In this document: piece by piece, positions 35,433 to 46,375 of the stretch
Layout of the letters: every line of letters starts with the position of its first letter
How positions within the stretch are numbered: position 1 is the stretch's first letter
Assembly (NCBI GenBank): GCA_916049765.1
Contig: CAJZIX010000003.1
Location: 12,520 to 76,519 of the forward strand
Length of the DNA stretch: 64,000 bases
Direction: 5' to 3'
Source: an uncultured bacterium
Lineage (GTDB): Bacteria > Patescibacteriota > Gracilibacteria > Absconditabacterales > Absconditicoccaceae
Position numbers and translations under genes: made by a program
The notes under the pieces: generated by a model
Databases searched by the model: none
Told to the model about the DNA's origin: nothing
The model's input: the letters and a program-made list of their open reading frames with translations, nothing else

Positions 35433-36125
35433 ATGCTCTTCAAAAATCTAGAAAATCAGAATATCCAAAAAGGGAAACAAGAAGCTCAATTCAACACAGA
35501 AACCATGCTCCCTATTTCTGAAATTAAAGACGGATATGCCATCCTCAAGGATGGAGGAATTAGAGCTGTACTAAAAGCTGATGGGATCAACCTTGACCTC
35601 AAAAATTTCAATGAAATCCAATCTACCCTCGAACAGTACAAAAGATTTTTAAATGGATTAGAATTCCCACTCCAGTTCTTAGTTCGCAATACCTATCTTG
35701 ATCTGAGGGAATATCTAAATTATGTAACAACTAATGTAGAAAAACTAGATCCTTGAGCCCTGAAAGAACAAGGAAAAAATTATGCCTCCTTCCTCGAGGA
35801 CATCAATATGAAACAAGGATTAATATATGTAAAAGAATTTTATGTTATCATTCCTTATTATGTAAACGAAGCTGACACTGATCAAGTTAAAAAACCTCGA
35901 CGAAGCAAATTTATGGACACACTCAACGCCAAGGATGATATAGAAACTATCGTAGCAAGATATAGAAATTTTGTAAAAGGACAAAAAATGTTGAATACCA
36001 GAATCGCACTAATACAAGAGGGACTCTGAGGCATGGGAATAAAAACCGAGCTCCTCAACACAAAAGAGCTGATTTCCCTTTTATTCTCTGTCTACAATCC
36101 TTTACTAGACTCTACACAAGGATAA
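35433..36125 (+). CDS. Stand-alone protein resembling the N-terminal domain of Gram-positive-type VirB4/TrsE conjugation ATPases (no ATPase domain)
   Basis: LPISEIKDGYAILKDGGIRAVLKADGINLDLKNFNEIQSTLEQYKRFLNGLEFPLQFLV follows the N-terminal pattern I recall for VirB4-like proteins. The ORF ends after 230 aa without Walker motifs. Two in-frame TGA. Confidence 0.4.
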
Positions 36126-36185
36126 GATTTAGAATCGTTTTACCATAAGTAAAAACTATTTTCAAAAAAACCTCAACATAAGAAT

Positions 36186-36986
36186 CTATTTTTTGGAAGC
36201 AGAAGACGGCTTTTTCTTTAATTTCTCATTTAGTTTATTCTTTGAAGCCTTTTGAGAAGTATTTTTCAAGAGAGATCTTTTTCTTCAATTTTCTTTTGTC
36301 TTCTCTAAAGAAGAACGTACTTTATTTCCTTCAACAAGCTGAGAAAGATTAAAACAAAGCTCAGCCAAAAGATACAGATCATGCCAATTAATCAAGCTCT
36401 CTAATCCAATTCAGGGTTTAAGTTTTGCAAAATCAAGCTTAAGATGAATTCCATAGGTTTCACTTCCTTTCCATTGCGTAATATAGTTTGCATAAACAAA
36501 ATCCAAGCATATCTCTGCTGATCCCTTAAGCTTCTGAACTCTCTGAACTTTCGGAGAAAGGATAAAATCTCTCTGAATTTCATAATCTTCCAATTTCAAA
36601 GTAAGTCATGAGGTCGTAGAATGATTAAGCACATTTCTGAGAAACCTAATCGTTTGTTCAAAAGGAAAATACTGATCCTGAAGTGTTGTTTTAAGAAACT
36701 CCCTTAGAGAAGTATCATTTTCTATCACCTCTCTCATGACAGAGAAAATCCCCTTAAAAGCACTAATTTCCGTGAGATAACCATAAACATTCCTCTTATC
36801 AGGATGCTGATGAAGCGAAACAAGAAGATTTTTGATAAGCGATTCTTTCAGGAGAAAAGAAGAAGTTTTTCAGGTTTTTATAGGTAAATTCATTGCAAGA
36901 TCCGAGAGATCATTTCTCAAAATTACCTGCTCCATAAATTTTCCCAGAGAAAGAAAATGATAATAACCTTGTAAAAGTTTAAGCAT
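36186..36986 (-). CDS. Hypothetical protein (266 aa) with Lys-rich tail
   Basis: I translated it by hand. Track ORF 36411..36599 is extended both ways through TGA codons. ATG 36986, stop TAG 36186-36188. Confidence 0.5.
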
Positions 36987-37001
36987 TGAAAAACAAAAAA
37001 A

Positions 37002-38606
37002 CTAAAAAAGCTGAACCTCAAGAGTGATCGTATTTGTAGTTTGATTGGTAGCAATCTGAGATTGATAGGTTACTCACTTTGCAAAATCTGAATCAAATAC
37101 CCCAAAACCATAAGCATTTCCACGAAAATTCGAAATATGAGTATTTTTAGGGAAATAGATGACTTCTTTTGTTGATCGCCGCCTTAGAGGCTGGGATAAA
37201 TCTGGATTTTTGGATTGTAAGGCGAGAATATACCTTTCTCTATCAGTCATTTTAATTCACCATTTTTTTTCTAATGCAAACATCTCATCTTTGTAGCTTT
37301 TCGGAATATCAAGAGTATAGCTAATAGTAAGGGTATACTTCCCTGGAGCTAATCCGCTAATATTGAGTTTTTTCTCTTCCGTAGCGAGAACAACCTGTCC
37401 TGAGGCATTCTGAATTTCGACCTGTTTTTTGAGAAAACCATCAGATTTATTAAATGAGGTATTAATATTAAAAAAATACAGAAAAGCTGGATCATACACG
37501 GTAGTAAGATCATACGACTGAAGAAATCCTCGCAACTCCGGAGAAACATGAGAAAGATAAATATTTACAAAGCCTTTGTGCAAAAGCTCCTGAGTATTAT
37601 TGATCATCGCCTTGGCAAGCGAAAGAGCATTTTCTTTCAGATAGTTTTGAATATCTTTGATATAAAATTCTTTTTTATTGCTCTTGTCCTCTCCTCTGAT
37701 AAGATCTACATTTGCATTAAGAAACTGCCACTCTCGTGACTTAGAACGGAAAGAAGGCAAAAGATAACTAATCAATTCTGAATCAAGAAACACAATTCCC
37801 TTGATATCTTTCTGGAAAAGTTGATTTCGTTGATCAGGATTGAACATTTGAGCCTTTTTGACAGGATCAAAATCCGTATGAAAAATCTTTTCATAAAGCG
37901 TTTTCAGATTTTTTCCATCTTTGTCAGTAAATCAAAACTTATTCCCTCAGATAAACCCAGCCGTTTTCTCAGACAAAAAACCCTGGGTTCGTTCGGGAAG
38001 AGGAATACGAGTTTTCGGAGCAAGAAGATCAGGCAGATAGGAATCAATAATCTGCATATCCACAATATGCCCTCACGAAAGACTGATAAAAGCAAACGAA
38101 CCAAAAAAACCTCCATTAGGACGAGCTTCATTACTATTCTGAAGAGGAACAAGATAATTAAAACGCTGATACTTTCCTAATAATTCGAAGATTTCTTCTC
38201 TCATCGGCCAGGCAGCATTAAGCATCTGGAGAATCCTCTCATAATTTCCAAATCAAAGCCTCGTCAAATAATCTGTATTTTCTTTTGCATATTTCCATAG
38301 TTGCAAAAGCTCTTTCTCTTTGGTCTGCAGGACATTTTCTCAGGCAACATATTCTTTGAGAATGGTATCTAGGGTGAGGAGTTGGCGAGCTACTTCTGGA
38401 TCTACGACCCAAAAATACCATGAAACCTGGTCCAACTCATTGAAAATATCGATCTTATGGGTACTAAAGAGCCATCAGCTGATCTTTGCATAGAGCGCAA
38501 AAGCCGAAAAACTCAGCACGAGAAATGCAATATAAACAAAACGAAGTGCAAGCTTCGCACGAGAAAAGGGTATTTTTGGAGATGAAGAGAGTCAGATTTT
38601 TTTCAT
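37002..38606 (-). CDS. DUF4012-like membrane-anchored envelope protein
   Basis: I checked all codons. MKKI(G)LSSSPKIPF..., an N-terminal TM helix, then LVPLQNSNEARPNGGFFGSFAFISLS(G)GHI, which matches the family NxxExRxxGG(F)xGS motif as I recall it. Stop TAG 37002-37004. Confidence 0.6.
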
Positions 38607-38719
38607 AGTTTCTTCCTAGTAAACAGGAGAAAGTGTAGTATTTTGCGAAGAAAATGCAAGAGCGATCAGTAAATTTGAGAGCATTATTTATCTTATTAAA
38701 ATCTAAAGAAAGAGCTTAA

Positions 38720-39496
38720 GCCAATTTGAGAGCTACTTTGCAGAATGGAGCTTGTGTTAAGGTAGTGGAGCAAAAAAATTGTTCTGTAGAAATTAAAGAT
38801 CTTTCTTGTAAGGAGGCTCGTGGGAATGGCTGGTGAGTTGATCGATCTCTTTCGTATACTTATACCTGAAAAGATTGTCGTTTTTCTGCAATATATGATA
38901 GTTGGACTCCTACTGAAAAATGGAATCTAGTAGCAAGTCATAATTCTCCTAGTGGAGATTCTCATATTGTCAATTCAGACGGAAGTATTACTGCAACTAG
39001 AAAATTAAACAATGATCAAATAGGCCCATGATATTGACCGGATACACATACTTTTTATGTAGATATGTGAGGAAATACTTCTTCGAAAAAGTCGTTTAGT
39101 ATGTATGGTTATGCTAGAAAATGTAGAAATGCACTTCCACAGACTCCAAAGACTCCAATAAAAATAGACTGGAATGGGAAACCTTTTGAGTGGGAAAAAT
39201 ATACTATTTATATAGAAGGACCAAAGGGTACCCCAGTTAAAATCGGAAACTTGAATAACATCATGGAGCGCTGACCTAATTGAGAATGTTCGTCTATTCC
39301 TGTGACAAGAGATTATTGAATAGCAATTGGAAATTGTGTAGTTTCAGATGTGGGTGTTACTTGAAATCCTTGGCCTCGATTATATTTGCCTTATCATTCT
39401 AATTCTTGGGTAAAGTTTAAGCTTGAAAATTGAACTTCAGGAAAGATTATAGAAGCAAACTACTATATATGAAATTTATTAGGAGAGTGAAAATAA
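38720..39496 (+). other. Start-less, promoter-less alternative C-terminal cassette for the surface protein gene (silent copy)
   Basis: Frame open from the TAA at 38717-38719 to the TAA at 39494-39496 once TGA=Gly (10 in-frame TGA). No ATG and no signal peptide. Begins ...ATLQNGACVKV, sharing LQNGAC and 18 identical nucleotides with the opposite-strand gene. Confidence 0.6.
38738..38755 (+). repeat. Inverted repeat, left copy (TTGCAGAATGGAGCTTGT)
   Basis: Exact reverse complement of 40029..40046. Encodes L-Q-N-G-A-C in frame in the cassette ORF. Confidence 0.9.
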
Positions 39497-39528
39497 AAAA
39501 GGGGGGGGCAAACAAGTTGTTAAAGAAG

Positions 39529-39556
39529 AAAACTCTGATTTAGTTCAGAGTTTTTC
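39529..39556. terminator. Bidirectional terminator hairpin between the cassette and the expressed C-terminus
   Basis: AAAACTCTGA-tttagt-TCAGAGTTTT (10-bp stem) with flanking A and T runs. Confidence 0.7.
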
Positions 39557-39587
39557 TTTGAATTAACAATCTTTTTAAAGGTTTTGG

Positions 39588-41822
39588 CTACGGATTATTA
39601 GAGAAGGGACATTTCTTCACACAGTTTTGAAACGTTTGCAATCCTCCAACCATTGATCATCAAGAATACATAGGAACACAAGGCTTTATCATAATCATTG
39701 CAAAACCATCTTTTATCTTCTTCTCTCATAAATAAACATCATACACATAAATTCTCTTATTTTGGACATCGGATGCCCATGATCGTCGTGAAAAATCAAT
39801 CCCGCTATGAGAAGGAAGAGAAATATTTGATCCTGCCTGCATTAAATTACCATTAATTTCAATTTCTTTTCTCTCACGACCACAGTCTTCGGTATCTTGA
39901 TAGCGGATATTCCTAATACTACAACCGTAATCAATTGTTGCAACCATCTTACCAAAGTCCCCAGTTCATGGAGTCCTTTGATGAATACTTGTATCTCTAC
40001 AATCATTAGAAATTAAAGTAAACTTTCTACAAGCTCCATTCTGCAAGCTATAACCAGATGGACAAGGAACAGTACATAGTTGAGAGGGGTCTCATCCATT
40101 TAATCATGCACATTTCCAAGTAAGCTTACCATTTGAGAATTCAGGAGTAGCTAAAACTAAAGTCCCTGGATCACAGAAAAGAGATGGATTAGCCTTAGCA
40201 TAATCTACTAAATTCGTTCCATCAACAGGAACCGCAACACTACCAGCACATTTTCCATTGACTGGCTGGGTTGGTTTCTTCAAAGAACAAGCCATAGAAG
40301 TTCCTCCATTCTTTCCACTACACTGCCATTTATAATCTGTTGCCGTATCCGTAGCATCTACAAAATCTCCTGAAGCACAGCTATCTTTTGAAGTTCCACA
40401 CTGCCCATTGACTGGCTGAGTTGGAGTAGATCCACAACTTGGTCCAAAATCCACAGGGAAACAGTATGGGAATCCTTCCTTTGAACATCTATTACATCCA
40501 TTAGCTAAACAAGGAACAGTATTGAGATTTTCTCCTCCACAGGTCCAAGAAACAGGCTTTCCTGTCTTTGGAAAAGCTGGAACTGTAGGCGTTGGAACTC
40601 CTTTTTCACAGAATGTTCATCCAGCAGGCCAGTTAGTCAAAGATGCTGCCATAAAGTTCATACCATGATAGCTTCCACATTTTGCATCTTCTTTTGGAAG
40701 AAGTTTTTTCTTCGCTGAACAATTTGCTGATGCACCTCCAAAATCTGAAACACAAGTCCAAGAAACCTCTCCTACATTAGGGAATCTTGGATCAGCTCCT
40801 TGCACATGACTTCCTACTGTACAAAAATCTGTATTTGCTCTTCGAGTAGTTTCAGCAGCAGCATAAGTTATTGCCCTTGTCCCACATTTTGCATCTAAGA
40901 AACACTGTTTACTCTTACCAGCACATACATTATCACATGCAGGATTACTAGAAATTGACTTTACCTGACCAGAAATATTTGCACAAAGACAAGAGGCTCC
41001 TGCTGGACTAGAACAAGCTACTCTAAAGATCGCTCCTGTTTGCATATTATCATTTCCTCTAGCTTCTCCTACTTTTACAGCCCCATTTACAGTCAAACCA
41101 ATACCACTTCCATTATTTTTATTCGTTCCAATAATTAATCCATTATTTGCACCAACAATAAAAGAGTTGTCAGTATCAACAATAATTCCTTGTTGCTCTC
41201 TTCCATTAAAAACAAAAGATCAAGTCCCATCCATCATAACAGCAGAACCAATAACCATACTATCATTTCTCCTTACAATAGCATCACCTGCAAAAGATAG
41301 AGAATTTTCTCCAAAAACCTCTCCGCGATCTACAGCTACTACTACAGCACCAGTTCCATGAGTTGCTGAGTCTTTAGAAGCTAAAACTACAGTTTCTGAG
41401 GAATCAACTTGGTTAGCTTTTCCTCCCATAACCACAGAACCAATCTTTCCATTAGCTAATTGATTATTTTCTCCTCCAACAATCAGAGAACTTTCTGATC
41501 ACCAGTTTCCATTACCACTTCCTGCAATTACAGCAGAGGCTCCTCCTGCATCATTTTTTAGCTTTCCTACCCTTTCATCTACCCCTACTGATCCAACACC
41601 GAGCACCAAACCATCCTGATTCTTAAGTCAGATTTTTTTTGATGAAGAAGTATCATTAAGATGAACCTCTTGAATATGCTGCGTAGCAGTATATTTATTA
41701 GTATCAATCATAATAGGAGCTTCATCATTTGCATTAGACTGGGCTACAATCCAAATACCTGCAGAAACGAAAAGGACTACTCCTCAAACAGCAAATAAAT
41801 CCTTAACTGACGGTTTTTTCAT
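39588..41822 (-). CDS. Secreted or membrane-anchored Cys-rich modular surface protein (putative adhesin), 744 aa
   Basis: Track pieces 39726..39947, 40104..40454, 40617..41096 and 41220..41435 are in one frame, and I checked all gaps. N-terminal signal/anchor MKKPSVKDLFAV(G)GVVLFVSAGIWIVAQS, then Gly/Ser/Val-rich beta-repeat region, then four Cys-rich modules ending ...W-x-C-x-G-x-(N)GG-x4-C. Continues past the TGA at 39726 to TAG 39588-39590. Confidence 0.75.
40029..40046 (-). repeat. Inverted repeat, right copy
   Basis: The minus strand reads TTGCAGAATGGAGCTTGT, encoding L-Q-N-G-A-C in frame in the surface protein, 146 codons before its stop. Confidence 0.9.
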
Positions 41823-41988
41823 TTTGTTTAAAAGGTTAGAAAATAAACATTTAGGATGTATCATTGAAATTATAGTGATATTTTACACTTTTGCAAATTT
41901 TTTTATGTTTTTTTCAGAGTTTTCCCTTGAATCTAAAAAATAAATAACTACTTAGAAAAGAAACTTTAATTTTTTGAAAAAACTCAAA

Positions 41989-42507
41989 ATGAAAAAAATC
42001 TGGCTTTTAACTTTTTTAGGAGTATTATTAACAGGATGTCAACAAAAAGTCAATCCCGAAGCACTACAAATCTACAATGATCGTTTAATGTCAATTCAAG
42101 AACAATCTGTAAACAGTTTAGAACAATATTATCGCTCTTTAGAAACCTGATATAACGGAACAAATTTAAATGATTATTACGCTACAACTTTATCACAATT
42201 TGAATCACTCAAAAAGGAAGCACAAAAAGTTTTTGTCCCTCATAACGAAAATGAATTAAAAGTTGCTGTAATTACCTATATTTCTTGACTTCAAGCTACA
42301 TTTGAAAAAAATGAAAAACCTGTAGTTGAGCTTTTGACTTCTTTTTCTGGAAACGCTACCGATTTTTATAGAGAAAATAAACAGATTTTTTCTTCCTATG
42401 CTATGAAATTAGCTAATGACCTAGCAATTCTGGATAAGAATCTATCTCAAAGTCATCAAAGCTTTCAAAAGAAACATCAAAAAATCTTTACACCAACAAA
42501 AAAATAA
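41989..42507 (+). CDS. Lipoprotein, unknown function
   Basis: MKKIWLLTFLGVLLTGC (lipobox LTGC). Two in-frame TGA, stop TAA 42505-42507. Confidence 0.7.
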
Positions 42508-42531
42508 AAAATCTGATTCCTCCAAAAAAAC

Positions 42532-44793
42532 TTACTTCCCTTCAGGGAAATATTTTTGAACAAGAGCCTTATTATGCTGTCTAAGAACCGAAAGTGGGTT
42601 TAATACAAAACGATTAAGTGTATCAACCTGATCTTCTCTGAGCAAAAGACTAAATTTTTGGACAATCACTGGACGACGTACCGTTCAAAAATCAAGAGAA
42701 AGGGGTTTAATTTCACTACTTACAATATCATACACTCCTATAAACTTAATACCTCACAATGTAAAATACACTGAAACATCTCCACCATTTGAAATCACTT
42801 TATCAGGAGTAATACCAAGATATTTTACAAATTTATCGGTTACCAAAACCTGATCCTTCATTCAAAATCATGAATCTTTTTCCTGAGGAGTATACCCAAG
42901 AACAGAATTAATTATATGAAGGCTAGTTGTAGCATCTCATAGAGAAAGATCGAGTTCTTTGAGAAGTTTTGTTTCCAAAACCTTATCAGACACCTGAACA
43001 CGAGTAATTTTTCCTTTATTTAACATAAAGGTATAAACTAAAGCTGATTTTCCTGTTCAATTTTCAGTTTTTTCTTCATTGCCAAGCTGAATTTTTACTT
43101 GACGATCTGAACATGCCAATAAATTCGTTTTATATTTTGATTTAAGCTCTGTACAAATACTCATATCAAGAGCCTGAGTTTGCTCAGCAATTTCTTTATT
43201 CTCACTAATCAAAGACAAAATCTTTGTAAGAGATACTTTTTCATGTACAAGCAAAGCTTGAAGATAATCAGTCAATTTTTGATTGTCAACTACATTAATA
43301 TTAACAACCAAAAGCTGGAGTTGTTCATACTTTAGTACAAGTTCAAGCGTTAAGTCTGTTTTTCTGTCAACTCCCTTTACTAAAAGGGTTTGATCTTCTG
43401 TTCCCTTTTGCAACGAAATAAGAGTAAATTGTGGAGGCAAATAACTACTTCTAAACAATTTTTCCAAATCTTGAACTTTATCCTCTTGCGTAAGGTTTTG
43501 CTGTAGTTTTCCTTCATCTTTCAATGTTCAAATCTGATCTTGTAACCCGACAAAACTTGAGTTCCTATCTCCATAATTAATAGCTAAAAGCTGACCCATA
43601 AGAGCGGTTCTATCTTCCTTCTCCATTTTAGATTTTTCATCCTTTAGATAAGGAGAAATAATATTCATATTATACCAATAGGTAAATAATTTAGAAAATT
43701 TTCAGAGAAGAGTTATTTTCTTATTTGCTTCTCTCATAAGATTTTCACGAAGAAATCCAAGATATGACTGTATAAGAGATTTAACATCAGCTGAAACCAT
43801 TAATTGTTTATAAATAAGTTGCTGAAGAGAGAATAGCTTATATTGATTAAGCAAAAGATTTGAATAAACCCTCGCATCAGAATATCCAAGCGCTAGAGAT
43901 CTTGAAATTTCAGCAAAATCTCTTAAAAGAATAAATTGACTATAAGTTTCACTTGAACATGAATGAAAAATTTCAGTAAAAGTATCATCTAAAGTTCATC
44001 CATATAATCCATAACGAAGCAACCCCTTGCAAAAAGCATCACGATCTGTTCTATTCGATTTGATAAATTGAAAAATTTCTCACAACTCTTGTCTAATCGG
44101 AGATGTAAATTCAAAAGATTCTTCAAAATCCATATCCTGATTCTCATTTTCATGATCATGAAGTTCTCAAAGATCATAAGAATAAAAATTTTCAAGAAAA
44201 GAACGGACATAAGACCTACAAATAGGAGAAAATCTGGAAAAGCCCTGTAAACATGTCAATCAAAAAGTATCTTTCAAACTTCCAGTAAGTGGGATAAAAG
44301 ATGGATTTCCTCTTCCAAACGAATGAACATTCAAAGGTTTAACTAAAAAAGAAGAAAAAAATTGACTTAATTCTGAAGCAGTTATCGACTGATTTCCTAT
44401 AAACTGCTGCAAAAAAGAAACATCTTGAGTGGTGATTTGACTCAAGTTAGGCAATGCAATCCCACTAAAAGAAAGAAGATTTGCCTGAGAAAGAAGAGTT
44501 CCACTCATCACTGAGAGTTTTCCATTCAATATCTTTTCTTCTATATCTGGGAATAAACGAAGATTCTGCTCTTTAAGTTCATAAAACTTTTCTACCTCAT
44601 AATTTTTCACAGAAACCCCTTCTACCAATAACGATGAAGAAAAATATCAAGAAGCAATAATTCCCCACACCCATAATAAAGAAAATAAGAAAGAAAAAAT
44701 CCAGACTCAATATTCAAAAAAAGCTTGATATAAAAGACCATACCAACGAATAATTTGTAGTTGCTCTCTATTAAAGAATATAGATTCTTTCAT
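42532..44793 (-). CDS. Large hypothetical protein (753 aa) with N-terminal TM helix
   Basis: I checked all codons. Track pieces 43057..43524 and 44260..44628 are joined and extended through many TGA. ATG 44793, stop TAA 42532-42534. No domain recognised. Confidence 0.6.
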
Positions 44794-44860
44794 TATCTAC
44801 TAATAATCTAAACCTCAATAAGTATATTTAGAAAACAAGAAAAAGCAAATTTTTAAAAAG

Positions 44861-44890
44861 AAAAATCTGATTCTTTCATCAAGAATCAGA
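44861..44890 (-). terminator. Rho-independent terminator after secY
   Basis: TCTGATTCTT-tcatc-AAGAATCAGA (10-bp perfect stem) with a T-run on the minus strand. The stem arms contain the AATCTGATT word. Confidence 0.85.
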
Positions 44891-44917
44891 CTTTGAAATA
44901 TTAAATACTTAATCATT

Positions 44918-46246
44918 TTATTCATACATTTCATACTTCTGCATCACCAAATCTCCCTGCACTTTATTAACAATTTCCTGTACAACACCTACAATAATAA
45001 TTACCCCTGAACCAGTAACCACTACCGGCAAAGAACCAATAGACTCTACCAACGACTGCACAAAAGGCATCCATTGAAGAATATAGGTATAAATACCAAT
45101 AAGTGCCAATCCAAGTCCTCACCAAAGACAAAGATGCATTAAAATACTATTAATATATTTAGCTGTAGCTTTTCCTGGTCTAATTCCAGGGATAAATCCA
45201 CCTCTTTTCTGAATATTATCTGAAATCCTATCAGGACTAAAGGTAATCATTGCATAAAAGAAAGTGAACAAAACAATAAACACCACATAAACAAAAACCG
45301 CAAGTACTCCAGGATTCTGAGCATAGATATTGAAATGAGCAGTAATCCAATCTGCAATAGCTACAAGCTTCAAATTAGCAGGTTGAAACTGAGTAATCAA
45401 CTTTGCCAAAAGCTGAGGAAAAGAAACAAAAGCCATAGCAAAGATAATAGGCACCATTCCTACAGGATTAAGTGGAATCGGTAATAATGAAGATTGCTGA
45501 GCTTTTCCTTGCTTCGCATAAATAATGGGAATTTCTTTTATTGACTTCAAAATGAAAATAGAAAGCACCACCAATACAAGAACAATAACAAGCATAAACA
45601 CAAGCACACCAAGGACACTTGTAGAAGAAGCAAAATCTCCATACATATGTTGAGTTATTCCTGCTACGATAGAAGCAAAAATTAACATTGAAATTCCATT
45701 AGAAATACCTTTCTCGGTAATAAGCTCACCAATCCACATCAAAAGAATAGAACCAACAGCCATTACAAAACCAGCCAACAAAATAGTTCAAAGATCTGTA
45801 GAAATAGCATTTCCTCCAAGCATATTATTAATTAAATATACTGATCCAATTCCCTGCAAAAAAGCCAAAGGCAAGGTCAAATATCTCGTATATTGATTGA
45901 TTTTTGCCTGACCAACTTCACCTTGTTCAGTAAGTTCTTCAACAGCAGGAAGAACGATACCAAGCAGCTGCATAATAATAGATGCCGTAATATAAGGAGA
46001 GATACCAATTGCAATAAATGCAAACTGATCCAAAGCCCCACCAAGAAGCATAACAAAATATCCGAAATCTGATCCAGCATTCAAAGTATGACTTACTAAA
46101 ACAGAAATATCAGCAAATGGAATCGGAATAAATACAAGTAATCTATATACTGCCAACATAGCAACAGTAAACAAGATCTTATTTCTGATTTTTTTATTTC
46201 CAAAGATCTCATAAAGACTCTTCTTAAATGTTTTTAGAGCTTTCAT
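44918..46246 (-). CDS. secY: Preprotein translocase subunit SecY
   Basis: Three track pieces are in one frame. Typical 10-TM SecY. Start taken at ATG (MKALKTF...). Confidence 0.92.
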
Positions 46247-46336
46247 CGCACCAAGCAAAACAAAAATAAAGATAAATGATTAATAGTTATTTGATTGATC
46301 TTTTCAATAGCAATCTTTTAAAAATTAATAAAGAAT

Positions 46337-46360
46337 AAAACGCGAGGTCGGTCGCGTTTT
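46337..46360 (-). promoter_or_regulatory. GC-cored 9-bp perfect hairpin between rplO and secY (internal attenuator or terminator?)
   Basis: AAAACGCGA-ggtcgg-TCGCGTTTT. This is the most GC-rich local structure in this AT-rich operon. Confidence 0.5.
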
Positions 46361-46375
46361 ATCAAAGAAAAGTTC

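Noticed and set aside
38720-41822. A diversity-generating retroelement (DGR) as the source of adhesin variability, since DGRs are common in CPR.
   Set aside because: There is no reverse transcriptase gene and no template/variable direct-repeat pair with adenine-specific mismatches. The only repeat is an 18-nt inverted one, which fits site-specific inversion instead.
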